Below, piece by piece: positions 1-9,438 of a stretch of DNA of 64,000 nt. A program made the position numbers and the translations under genes. Numbering within the stretch: position 1 is the stretch's first letter; each line of letters starts with the position of its first letter. Origin of the DNA: an uncultured delta proteobacterium. Its GTDB lineage: Bacteria; Desulfobacterota; Binatia; UBA9968. Under the pieces are notes generated by a model that worked only from the letters and a program-made list of their open reading frames with translations, had not been told where the DNA came from and did no database searches. The stretch is taken from assembly GCA_963847445.1 (NCBI GenBank), contig CAWJZV010000030.1:160001-224000 (forward strand). The letters run 5' to 3'.

Positions 1-410
1 CCTTCCACGGCTTCGATAACCGTACCGTTGACCCGGCCATTGAAGCCCCAACACTTCGCCCGCAGACCGGCATCGAAAAAATGGTCCACTTCTTCGGTGA
101 TGAGATGAAAGACCTTGACGCCGTCAACCACTTTAAAAGAAAGCGCACCGCCGTTTGGAACCACGACAGGTTTATAACCCTTGCCGGGTAAAACCGCTGG
201 CAACGCTTTTACGTCGATCGGCCCGCCGCTGTAACTCTTCTCCCAGTAGGCCCGGTTAACCGACTTCGATTGCCCTGGTGACGGCTGATACGACGACGGG
301 TCGCTGGCATGAGATTTCGCCTGGCCGTCTTTTCCCAAGAGCGCAACGCCGCCGGCTAGGGTAGCCGCGCCGATAGTCAGTATGTGCCGCCGTGAGATCT
401 TTTTATCCAT
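1..410 (-). CDS. Multicopper oxidase, N-terminal part (runs off window), Tat signal
   Basis: Manual translation from ATG 410: MDKKISRRHILTIGAATLAGG...VVDGVKVFHLITEEVDH...CWGFNGRVNGTVIEAVE; twin-Arg leader and Cu-oxidase N-domain WGFNG motif; follows TolC/CusF genes. Confidence 0.8.
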   Translation of the reverse strand, partial: MDKKISRRHILTIGAATLAGGVALLGKDGQAKSHASDPSSYQPSPGQSKSVNRAYWEKSYSGGPIDVKALPAVLPGKGYKPVVVPNGGALSFKVVDGVKVFHLITEEVDHFFDAGLRAKCWGFNGRVNGTVIEAVE

Positions 411-425
411 GACACGCCCCTTCGG

Positions 426-1862
426 TTAATGGCCTTCGGGATTACGCCCTGGTGTACGAGCGCCCGGCATTGCGCCACCGGCCTCGCCCGCCCGCGCACC
501 GTCGCCTACCAACAATCGACCGCTCAAGAGCTGCGCTAACTCCGTCCGAGCCAACCAATAGTCACGCAGCACTTCGACATAGGCAGCACCGGTCTCGATC
601 TGCTGCTCACGCGCGCGCAGCAATTGAATGGGTCCAAGTTGCATCGCGTTGTAGTGCAACTGCGTTTCGTGAACGATGCGCTCATGAAGTGGCAGCATGA
701 TGTCGCGATAATATAATGCGCGATCCCGCGTCCCCTGCACTCGGTCTCGCAGCGCCCGCGCGGTGGCGCGAATTTTCACGGCGAGGGAGTAGTATTCCTG
801 CTGGGCGCGTCTGAGCTCCGCGGCGGCACGGCCGGTGCGCGCCTGTCCCTGATCAAACAGCGGAATGGGAAACTCCAGCACTGGCCCGACTTCCCACGCT
901 CCATCGGTACGCTCTCCCAGCGCGCCGAGGTGCGATTCGGGAATCAGAGCTGTGGCTTTGTTCAGTCCTAGCTGCTCACCGGCGGATACGAGACGTTGCC
1001 GGGCATGCAAAAGATCGACACTGCGGCTCAGCGCGACACGTTCGATATCCTCCGTCTGGATCGGCTGCTGCGGTATTTCGGGTAATCGTTGGTCAGTTTG
1101 CCACTCGGTCTGTTTTCCCCAGAGACCCATCAGAATGTTCAGATCTTCACGGCTTCGCCGGACGGCGACCTCGACCGATCGGAGCGCCAATTTGCCGCCC
1201 TCCAGCAGCGCCCTTTCCCGGGCAAAGTCGAGGTCGCTGATATTGCCCGCTTCATGAAGCCGTCGCGCGACGTCAAATGACCCGGTCAGCCCCTGTACTA
1301 TCGTCCGCCGCAGGTCGAGCATTTGCTCATTTGCCTGATGCACATAGAAGGCGGTTCGAACTCGTACCGCAAAGTCCAGCACCAATCCGCCTACCCGGGT
1401 TTTCGCCGCCTCGAAGCGGGCGGTCGCCACGCGCCGGCGCAGCGGCAAATAAAGAATATCGAGAAAATTCATGACCGCGGCGAGTTCCAGGTCCGGCCGG
1501 CCACCGTCGGGTATGGGCCATTTTATCGACGCATCGAAGATCGGATTACTGAGCAGTCCGGCTTGTACCAGGTCTGCCTGTGCGACACCTAGATCCGAAT
1601 AAATGGCTTGGAGCTCGCGATTGTTGAGCAAGGCGATCTGGGCGGCGTCATCGACCGTTAGTCTGTTTTTAAGTAACAAACCAAGTTTCTCAGTGGCTTC
1701 TTTATCTAAATCAGTGCCGTTGTGCCAAAAGACTTGGAGTCCGCTCCGTTCTTCGACCAAAGCGCCGACCTCGGGAAAGCCGGCATTGAGGCTTATCGTC
1801 GTACAGCCGCTGAGAAAAACCAGCGAAGAAAACAGTATTGTTGCGTTGCTTAGCCAAAGCAT
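426..1862 (-). CDS. TolC-family outer-membrane efflux lipoprotein (copper cluster)
   Basis: ORF 426..1952; start moved to ATG 1862 after GAGGAG; lipobox FLSGC; OEP motifs (ALLNNRELQA, GLLSNP, PIPLFDQGQ). Confidence 0.85.
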   Translation of the reverse strand: MLWLSNATILFSSLVFLSGCTTISLNAGFPEVGALVEERSGLQVFWHNGTDLDKEATEKLGLLLKNRLTVDDAAQIALLNNRELQAIYSDLGVAQADLVQAGLLSNPIFDASIKWPIPDGGRPDLELAAVMNFLDILYLPLRRRVATARFEAAKTRVGGLVLDFAVRVRTAFYVHQANEQMLDLRRTIVQGLTGSFDVARRLHEAGNISDLDFARERALLEGGKLALRSVEVAVRRSREDLNILMGLWGKQTEWQTDQRLPEIPQQPIQTEDIERVALSRSVDLLHARQRLVSAGEQLGLNKATALIPESHLGALGERTDGAWEVGPVLEFPIPLFDQGQARTGRAAAELRRAQQEYYSLAVKIRATARALRDRVQGTRDRALYYRDIMLPLHERIVHETQLHYNAMQLGPIQLLRAREQQIETGAAYVEVLRDYWLARTELAQLLSGRLLVGDGARAGEAGGAMPGARTPGRNPEGH

Positions 1863-1881
1863 TCCTGCGGTCTCCTCATGT

Positions 1882-2343
1882 CTACTTGATCTTTTCGATC
1901 TTGATAATGGCCTTGTTCGGCACGTCGATGGTAAAACGAATTCTGTCACCAAACTTAAGTCCCTCTAAAAGACTGGATGGTTCCGCCCGATAGCCCATCG
2001 TCATAGCTTCCATGAAGCCCTTTATTTCGCCGTGCTCGACGACGATCTGGCTGGCGTTTGGCACGGTCGTGACAACTTTACCCTCGCCCTCTACGGTCTG
2101 CTGTGCTGCCGCTGCGGCTGACGCACCATCCCGGCCTTCCTGCTTAACTGCCTTAGCTGTCGCGGGTCGTTGCGTTGGCATATCCGCCTGGGTGTATGCC
2201 AGCGTCAGCGAAGGCGCCTGGCGTGGCGCTGGCGCAGCGTCTCCATGAGCGGGATGGTTTTGGCTCAAGGATTGCGGCTGATACGCCGCACAGGCTGGAA
2301 ACGTGAACACACCCAGTAATAGTTTTAATATCTGTCGCTTCAT
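1882..2343 (-). CDS. CusF-like periplasmic copper-binding protein
   Basis: Lipoprotein-like leader; C-terminal HGEIKGFMEAMTMGY...GDRIRF (CusF His/Met motif). Confidence 0.8.
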   Translation of the reverse strand: MKRQILKLLLGVFTFPACAAYQPQSLSQNHPAHGDAAPAPRQAPSLTLAYTQADMPTQRPATAKAVKQEGRDGASAAAAAQQTVEGEGKVVTTVPNASQIVVEHGEIKGFMEAMTMGYRAEPSSLLEGLKFGDRIRFTIDVPNKAIIKIEKIK

Positions 2344-2359
2344 GATTGACCTCAAAATT

Positions 2360-3046
2360 TCATTTCTTAGATTTTTCGATCTTGGTAATCACCCGTTTGC
2401 CGGTATCGATGGAGAAATTCACGAGGTCGCCCGGTCGCAATCCTTGAAGTTGCGTGGGCGATTCCAGCTTGTAGGCCATGGTCATCGCGTCCATGAAGCC
2501 TTTGATCTCTTCATGGTCGATGACCACTTCCTGTGACTGCCGCACCACGGCCACGATCTTGCCGAAACCGTTCACCGACTTGGCCAACGTCGGCGGTTTG
2601 AGTCCGGCCAAATAACTCGATAGATCGATCAACTCGCGCAGCGTCATACGCTCTAGATGATCCTTCGACATCGGCGAACTACCGTCGCGGTTGCGCAGAT
2701 TTCGTGGCACCACCGCGTTAGGATGGATCACCGACTCGGTGAAATATTCTAGCGGATGGAGCTGTCCCATTTGGCTCAACTCCGGCGCGCTGTCAGTGGG
2801 TTCCGGAAACGCCTCGCCATTGATCCGATGGCAGTAGTAGCACTCGAACTTTTCAAACACGGTGCGCCCTTTGGCTGTATCGCCCTTAGGCATAGTAAAG
2901 CGCCAATTGCGCGGATGATGCTGTTCAGCGGCCTGCGCGGCGCCTTGCCTCTTCGGTGCGCCAAGCTCGGCTGAATCGACGGTTGCCGCGCTGACAAAGA
3001 CCGCGAGCACCCAGCCAAAGCCCAGCGCCAATAATTTGTTCGACAT
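2360..3046 (-). CDS. Cytochrome c domain fused to CusF-like copper-binding domain
   Basis: Signal peptide; CYYCH haem motif plus distal SPM; C-terminal HEEIKGFMDAMTMAY...GDLVNF. Confidence 0.8.
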   Translation of the reverse strand: MSNKLLALGFGWVLAVFVSAATVDSAELGAPKRQGAAQAAEQHHPRNWRFTMPKGDTAKGRTVFEKFECYYCHRINGEAFPEPTDSAPELSQMGQLHPLEYFTESVIHPNAVVPRNLRNRDGSSPMSKDHLERMTLRELIDLSSYLAGLKPPTLAKSVNGFGKIVAVVRQSQEVVIDHEEIKGFMDAMTMAYKLESPTQLQGLRPGDLVNFSIDTGKRVITKIEKSKK

Positions 3047-3146
3047 AGTTCTTCCCCAAAATCGCTAGGAGAAACGACTGGTCGGACACGACCAATCGGT
3101 CGTGTGACACGAAAAATTGACTGAAAAAATTACCGCGAGCGCGGTA

Positions 3147-3557
3147 TTAGATGCGGATTACGGAAAGCAACAGATGACGCGAATTATGGGCTGAAACAAT
3201 CGGACCGGGCGGTCCGAGATCGAATCGAGAAGCGGAAGCGCCGAGTCCCTGGACTAACGGCGAGCACCGAAAGGATTCGTAACCGACAGATACACTGACA
3301 CGCGAGTTGGGGTCGATGGAGATACGCGGCCCGACGAGAAATTCACCGAACAGATTTGGGCAGTGGATTCTCCCTGCATCGGCATCGGCGGGTTGATGGT
3401 CGTGAGCGCTATCGTGACGATGTCCAACGGTACTGTCACCATGGTCGTGCCCCGCTGACGCTGTGAACAGATTCTCGCATCCGGCATAGGCCCAGACCGC
3501 CCCGGCGTAGAGAATCGAAAAGCAAACAGCGATGACAAACGCGCGTTTCATATCCAA
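3147..3557 (-). CDS. Secreted His-rich hypothetical protein, probable metal binding
   Basis: Signal peptide, GHDHGD..HRHDSAHDH tract, HCP motif; first gene of the copper cluster. Confidence 0.55.
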   Translation of the reverse strand: MDMKRAFVIAVCFSILYAGAVWAYAGCENLFTASAGHDHGDSTVGHRHDSAHDHQPADADAGRIHCPNLFGEFLVGPRISIDPNSRVSVSVGYESFRCSPLVQGLGASASRFDLGPPGPIVSAHNSRHLLLSVIRI

Positions 3558-3592
3558 GTGCGATCAAAGCTAGCAAGCGCACCACGCCTGTT

Positions 3593-4375
3593 TCAAGTTG
3601 CCAACCGCGCCGGACGAAAGACCAGCATAACGACTCCGACGGCGACGAGTAAAAGACTGAACCACTGCGCCTCGGAAAAGCCAAATCCAACCGCGGGATT
3701 GATGCGCCAGAACTCGACCAAGAAGCGCATCAGGCCGGCGAGAATTAAATAGAGCCAAGCGATGGTACCCGGCACCAGCGCTTTTTTGCGCAGCGACCAG
3801 AGCACTGCGAAGACAAATACGCCTTGGAGAAATTCATAAATGGGCGTCGGATGGACCAGCACGCCGGGCGCATAAGGAACACCGGTGTAGGGATTGGCCC
3901 AACCGACAATCGCCTTAGTATAAGCCACGCCCCAGGGCATGTCGGTTACCGCGCCCCAATCGCCGTCGCCGGCGAAGTGACAGCCGACCCGGCCGACGCC
4001 GTAGGCCAGCGCCAACGCCGGCGCGCCGATATCGACGCCAGCCAGCCATGGGATTTTGTTTTTCCGAACCACCCAACTCGCCGCCAGGGCGCCGCCAAAG
4101 AATCCGCCGTACCAGGTAAATCCCGCGCCGGTGAGGATGTAATTCATCGGCGCAGCAAGAAAACCCTGCCACTCTTCAATGATAAACAGCAAACGCGCGC
4201 CGACCAGACCGCCGATAGCCGCCGCGAACACCATGGTCGAAGCGATCTCAGGATTGTGGCCGCGCCGCTTGAGTTCGACACTGACCAGCCAGACCGCGGT
4301 CAACGCGGCTAGCGCCATGAATGCGCCGAAACTGTAAATGGTCAGCGGGCCAAGTTGGAAAATAATTGGATACAT
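3593..4375 (-). CDS. lgt: Prolipoprotein diacylglyceryl transferase
   Basis: MYPIIFQLGPLTIYSFG start, GARL, GRVGC..GD, HPTPIYE, RFLVEFWR. Confidence 0.93.
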   Translation of the reverse strand: MYPIIFQLGPLTIYSFGAFMALAALTAVWLVSVELKRRGHNPEIASTMVFAAAIGGLVGARLLFIIEEWQGFLAAPMNYILTGAGFTWYGGFFGGALAASWVVRKNKIPWLAGVDIGAPALALAYGVGRVGCHFAGDGDWGAVTDMPWGVAYTKAIVGWANPYTGVPYAPGVLVHPTPIYEFLQGVFVFAVLWSLRKKALVPGTIAWLYLILAGLMRFLVEFWRINPAVGFGFSEAQWFSLLLVAVGVVMLVFRPARLAT

Positions 4376-4421
4376 GAAGACGCCTCGGCAAAACTAACAG
4401 ATTGTTTGGGTAAAAGCAGCA

Positions 4422-5141
4422 CTACCGCTTCTTTTCCAGTGACAAGATCACTTCGACAGCCGTCGTGCCATTGTCACGGACAACGATGCGTTGCGACTGC
4501 CGACCCAGCCGTTCGTGCCAGATTACTAATTCGTAGCTGCCGTCTGGTATGTCATCGAATTGAAACTCGCCTTTTTCGTTGCTCACGTAGGAGTAAGGAC
4601 TGTCAGTGACAATAATCACCGCGCTCATCCAGGTATGCAGCACGTCGCAGTCGATCCTGATGACTCCGGCGCGGTCGAGCCGCTTGGTTACCTGGCGCCA
4701 TTTCGGCAGTCCGACATTGAACAGCGTCTCCCGTCCCAAGCGTGCGTGCACGGTGTGGAGGATCGGATCGCTATTCTTGAGCAAGAGCTCGCTGCCAAGC
4801 GGGGCAACTTGAACATGGGGGGTAAAGGCGCAATGTTGATTGTCGAGAACAAGTTTTTTCGGCTGCGCCACGGTGCCACCACTGAGCGGTCTTAGAATCA
4901 CTGCGGCGTTACGCAAGCGCCCGTCAGCGCCAACCAGCAAAGTCTCGTTGGCCACCGTCGCGCCGCAAAATGAGCGGCTTTTGAACACCGGCAGCGGCTT
5001 GGGCTTGTCCGCTACTCCGGCGACGCTGACGATGCCGACAACCTTACCCCGGGCCATGCTATCCGCCGCCGCGGCAAGGATCGCGCCGTTGAACAGGAGC
5101 CACGCGAGCGAACAGAAGACGATAAATCTAGTTGTGATCAT
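4422..5141 (-). CDS. Exported cupredoxin-like / carboxypeptidase-regulatory-like domain protein
   Basis: Signal peptide; CAFTPHV, NSDPILHTVH, CDVLHTWM, GSYELVIWHE motifs. Confidence 0.65.
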   Translation of the reverse strand: MITTRFIVFCSLAWLLFNGAILAAAADSMARGKVVGIVSVAGVADKPKPLPVFKSRSFCGATVANETLLVGADGRLRNAAVILRPLSGGTVAQPKKLVLDNQHCAFTPHVQVAPLGSELLLKNSDPILHTVHARLGRETLFNVGLPKWRQVTKRLDRAGVIRIDCDVLHTWMSAVIIVTDSPYSYVSNEKGEFQFDDIPDGSYELVIWHERLGRQSQRIVVRDNGTTAVEVILSLEKKR

Positions 5142-5216
5142 TAATCTAATTGTTGAGACCAGAACGCTTCTCTGTTAACAATTTCGATTCTACGTCAAGG
5201 CTCGATCGAAACACCA

Positions 5217-5654
5217 GTGCGCACGGTAATTCAAAGAGTCAGCGAGGCGAGCGTCACCGTGGGCGGCCAATCCGTCGGCGGCATCGGTGCCGGGTTATGC
5301 ATTTTTCTTGGCGTCGGCAAAGACGATAATTCAGAAAAGGCCGCAGGCCTCGCCGACAAGGTGATCAATCTGCGCATTTTCGAAGACGAGTTGGGCAAAA
5401 TGAATCGCTCAGTGTCGGATATCGGCGGCGCGGTCCTGGTGGTTTCCCAGTTCACTCTGTATGCCGACTGTCGCAAAGGCAATCGGCCATCGTTTACCGA
5501 CGCCGCGCCACCACGACTGGCGCAGGAGCTCTACCAGGAGTTCGCCAATCGTCTGCGCGCTGCCGGCCTAAGCGTTGCCACCGGCCAATTTCAAGCCCAT
5601 ATGAAAGTGACCCTGGTCAACGACGGGCCGGTGACCTTGGTTTTGGAAAACTAA
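5217..5654 (+). CDS. dtd: D-aminoacyl-tRNA deacylase
   Basis: [25 protein letters not shown] motifs. Confidence 0.95.
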   Translation: MRTVIQRVSEASVTVGGQSVGGIGAGLCIFLGVGKDDNSEKAAGLADKVINLRIFEDELGKMNRSVSDIGGAVLVVSQFTLYADCRKGNRPSFTDAAPPRLAQELYQEFANRLRAAGLSVATGQFQAHMKVTLVNDGPVTLVLEN

Positions 5655-5656
5655 CC

Positions 5657-6109
5657 ATGCAGGTCGTGCTCTTCGAACCGGAGATTCCGCCCAACACCGG
5701 CAGTGTCGCGCGCCTATGCGCCGCGACGCTGACGCCGCTGCATTTGATCGAGCCCCTGGGCTTCAAGATCGACGACAAGCATCTCAAACGGGCCGGTCTC
5801 GACTATTGGCCCTTCGTCGATCTTCATGTGCATAAGGACTGGCAGCAGTTTCTCGACCAGGTGAAACCGGCAAGGCTGCTCTATTTCACCAAGAAGGCGG
5901 AACAGTCTTACACCTCTATACGATATCGCGAAGGTGACTTTCTCGTCTTCGGTCCGGAGACCCGCGGCTTGCCGGCGCAGCTGTGGCAGGACCTGGCCGC
6001 GTGCGCGCTGCGCATCCCGATGAGCGGCACAGGAGTGCGCAGTTTGAATTTATCCAACGCGGTTTCCATCGTGCTCTATGAAGGGTTGCGCCAGTTAGGC
6101 AGAACTTAA
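5657..6109 (+). CDS. trmL: tRNA (cytidine/uridine34-2'-O)-methyltransferase
   Basis: EPEIPPNTG, KRAGLDYW, FGPETRGL, RSLNLSN SPOUT motifs. Confidence 0.93.
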   Translation: MQVVLFEPEIPPNTGSVARLCAATLTPLHLIEPLGFKIDDKHLKRAGLDYWPFVDLHVHKDWQQFLDQVKPARLLYFTKKAEQSYTSIRYREGDFLVFGPETRGLPAQLWQDLAACALRIPMSGTGVRSLNLSNAVSIVLYEGLRQLGRT

Positions 6110-6187
6110 TTTATCTTAAGGCCTTGACGGTGAAACTGAGAATGGTTAATTATCGGCAACAAATTTGTCCCGGAGGGGGTTGAATAT

Positions 6188-7417
6188 ATGAGGGTTTGGG
6201 CTGTCAGAAGTCGCCCGTCGATGGTCTTCGCGTCGCTTGCGCTGGTTTGGTTCGCCGCGGCCGGTTTTCTTGCCAACGGATACGCCGCTGAAGCGGACAC
6301 ATCTCCCCCGCCAAAGGAAACTTTCAATCTGATCTTGCCGTTCAAGAATCTCACGGTCGGCCAAGGCCAAGAAGTGACGATGGATACCGAGATCGTCAAC
6401 CGGCGCAAGGATCCCGTCGAGGTTTCATTAACTCTAGATTCCGTGCCCAAGGGATGGGACGCTGCCTTCAATTCGCGCTATCCAAGCTTTCCGATCCGCT
6501 CGGTACAGGTCCAGGGCGAAAAGTCGACCACCGTTGAATTTAAAGGCAAAATCCCCGAAGCGACTAAGCCCGGCGTTTACCAAATCAAAGTTACTGCCAA
6601 GGACAACAATGGTTCAACCCAGTATGTCGAGAGTCTAAATATCACCGTCACTTCGAAGAAAGTTGATACCGGCGGCCTCAAGCTAACCAGCCAGTATCCG
6701 GTGCTCAGCACCGGCTCCGGCCAGACGCTCAAGTTCACCGTCGACCTTAAGAACGAAACCAACAAACCGCTGACCACATCGCTGGCGGCTCAGACCCCGC
6801 CAGGTTGGACGCTGCGCTTCAAACCGCAGTTCGGCGACCAGCAAATCTCGTCGATCCAACTTAAAGAGAGCGGCTCGGAAACCCTTAGCGTCGAGATCGA
6901 CACACCGATAAAAGCCGATGCCAAAGAACAACCGATCACGGTAACCGCGCGCTCCGGTGCGTTTGAGGCTTCGGCAACTGTCAAAGTCAGCCTCAAGGGC
7001 ACCCAGGATTTGAAGATGGGCTCTCTGGCCGGCACCTTGAACACTTCCGTCACCTCAGGCAAGAAATCTCCCGTCGATTTCGTTGTCGGCAATGCCGGCA
7101 CTGCGCCGATTCGTAACTTGAGCTTCGTCACCAAAAAGCCCAGCGACAAGTGGACCGTCGAGTTCAAGCCCGATAAGATCGACCTCATCGAGCCCGGCCA
7201 GGTGCGAGAGATCAAGATGGAAGTCCTGGCGCCGGACCGCACCATCGCCGGCGATTACCTGATGACGCTGACCGCCAACTCGCCGGAAGTCACCAAGTCG
7301 GTGGAGTTCCGCGTCACCGTATCGACACCGACGATCTGGGGCTGGATCGGCTTCGGCATCGTTGGCTTGGTCGTGCTTGGACTCGCCATCGTATTTTTCC
7401 GCTTAGGGCGTAGATGA
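6188..7417 (+). CDS. Exported Ig-like/NEW3-repeat membrane-anchored protein of ABC system
   Basis: Signal peptide, repeated beta-rich domains (PKGW, PPGW, AGDY), C-terminal TM ending RLGRR; overlaps ATPase start. Confidence 0.7.
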   Translation: MRVWAVRSRPSMVFASLALVWFAAAGFLANGYAAEADTSPPPKETFNLILPFKNLTVGQGQEVTMDTEIVNRRKDPVEVSLTLDSVPKGWDAAFNSRYPSFPIRSVQVQGEKSTTVEFKGKIPEATKPGVYQIKVTAKDNNGSTQYVESLNITVTSKKVDTGGLKLTSQYPVLSTGSGQTLKFTVDLKNETNKPLTTSLAAQTPPGWTLRFKPQFGDQQISSIQLKESGSETLSVEIDTPIKADAKEQPITVTARSGAFEASATVKVSLKGTQDLKMGSLAGTLNTSVTSGKKSPVDFVVGNAGTAPIRNLSFVTKKPSDKWTVEFKPDKIDLIEPGQVREIKMEVLAPDRTIAGDYLMTLTANSPEVTKSVEFRVTVSTPTIWGWIGFGIVGLVVLGLAIVFFRLGRR

Positions 7418-8347
7418 GCACGGTTGTCGACACCAAAAATCTCAGCAAGCGCTACCGCGAAAAGCTCGCGGTCAACGCGCTCAATCTGACCATTGAGGAG
7501 GGTGAAGTCTTCGGCTTCCTCGGCCCCAATGGCGCGGGCAAGACCACAACCATCTTGATGCTTCTGGGCTTGACGGAACCGACATCCGGCGAAGTCTCGG
7601 TGTGCGGTTTCAACCCGACCAGCCAGTCCCTCGAAGTCAAAAAGCGCGTCGGCTATTTGCCGGAGAGTCCCGGCTTCTACGACGATCTCAGCGCGCGCGA
7701 AAACTTGCTCTACATGGCTCGGCTCAACCGCATTCCGGAAGAGGAAGCGCGCCGCCGCACCGCCGAGGTCTTAGACCAGGTCGGGTTGCCGGATGATGGC
7801 CGCCGCCTGGTTAAAGAGTTCTCACGCGGCATGAAACAGCGCTTGGGCATCGCCGAGGTACTGGTAAAAAAACCCACGGCGATTATTCTCGATGAACCGA
7901 CCCTGGGGATCGACCCCGACGGTGCGATCAGAATCCTCGAATTAATCAGGGATCTGAATCGCGATCACGGCTTGACCGTCATGCTCTCGTCGCACCACCT
8001 CCAGCAAGTCCAGCAAATCTGTAGTCGCGTCGGCATCATCGTCAAAGGCAAGCTGATCGTCCAAGGCGCGATGGACACGCTCGGCAGAGCGATCTTGAAA
8101 GGCCGGGAATGGAACTTCCTGCTCGAAGTGACCGGCAACACCGACGGCCTAGAGCGGGATCTGCAGAGCATTAACGGCGTCGATGAAATCGAAAAACGCA
8201 GCCCATGGATGGTTTCTCCGCTGCACCGACGACGTTCGGCGCGAAGTGCTATCCGTGGTTACGCGGCGGGGACTGAACTTGTTGCAGCTTCGCTCCGAAG
8301 ACCCGACCCTGGAAGAGATTTACCTAAAATATTTTCGCGAGGCGTAA
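7414..8347 (+). CDS. ABC transporter ATP-binding protein (frameshift near 8200)
   Basis: GPNGAGKT, FSRGMKQR, ILDEPT; alternative frame gives PTLEEIYLKYFREA* ending 8347. Confidence 0.9.
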
Positions 8348-8351
8348 ATAA

Positions 8352-9275
8352 ATGAGCGTGGTGTTTTGGAAAGAGCTTGCTGACCACTTTAGCAGCCGAC
8401 GTTTCATGATCCTGCTGATCCTCATCGTCTTTTCCGGGCTTTGGGCGGCTTACGCCACTGGACAAGCGATCCGGGCTAACACCGATACCGTGCCGACGCA
8501 GTATGTTTTTTTGTTGCTGCTGACCTCCAGCGGCGACACGTTATTTTCGCTGGCGACCTTCTTGGGTTTCTTCGGCCCTCTGGTCGGCATCACTCTGGGC
8601 TTCGATTCGATCAGCGGCGAATACGCCCGCGGCACCCTGAGCCGGGTGCTGTCGCAGCCGATCTACCGTGACAGTTTGATCAATGGCAAATTCTTCGCCG
8701 GCTTGACCACCGTCGGGGTGTTATGGGGATCGATTTTACTCCTGGTGATCGGCCTGGGCATAACCCTACTGGGCTTCCCACCCAATGCCGAAGAGCTCTG
8801 GCGCATGATCATCTTCACCATCGTCGGCGTCTTTTACGTCGGCTTCTGGCTGGCGCTGGCAATGCTGTTTTCGTTGCTATTTCAGAAAACCGTCACCGCG
8901 GCGTTAGCTTCGATGGCGGTTTGGCTGTTTCTTTCGCTGTTCATCGCCGTGATCAGCGGCGCCGTCGCCAGCATGGTGGTGCCTGACGCCACCACGCCGG
9001 AAGCGCTGGCGCGTAAATCGGATATTGAAAACATCGTCGGGCGTATCTCGCCCAGCACTTTGTTCAATGAAAGCGTCGGCATTCTGCTCAATCCGGCGGC
9101 GCGGGTATTCGGTATGGCCCTGCAAAGCCAGGCCGAAGGCATCTTGCCGACGCCGCTGGCTCTCGAACAGAGCTTGACCTTGATCTGGCCCCATATCACC
9201 ACGATGTTCGCGCTCGTCGCGGTGTGCTTCGGCATTTCCTACATCATCTTCATGCGCGCCGAGATTCGCGCCTAA
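8352..9275 (+). CDS. ABC-2 type permease
   Basis: WKELADHF, GFDSISGE..RGTL.RVLSQPI; multiple TM helices. Confidence 0.88.
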   Translation: MSVVFWKELADHFSSRRFMILLILIVFSGLWAAYATGQAIRANTDTVPTQYVFLLLLTSSGDTLFSLATFLGFFGPLVGITLGFDSISGEYARGTLSRVLSQPIYRDSLINGKFFAGLTTVGVLWGSILLLVIGLGITLLGFPPNAEELWRMIIFTIVGVFYVGFWLALAMLFSLLFQKTVTAALASMAVWLFLSLFIAVISGAVASMVVPDATTPEALARKSDIENIVGRISPSTLFNESVGILLNPAARVFGMALQSQAEGILPTPLALEQSLTLIWPHITTMFALVAVCFGISYIIFMRAEIRA

Positions 9276-9438
9276 AAAGATCCCACGTTCCCGCCGCAAG
9301 TATTTCCAGCGCACAGCTCGTATGTGAGCTTCTACGCAACCATAGCAAATCATTTCATATTGGAATCGTTGATAGTTAAACGATTTTCTGTCTAGTATAC
9401 GAAAAATCTTTTTCACGTTAGTTTCGTACGGAGGATTC

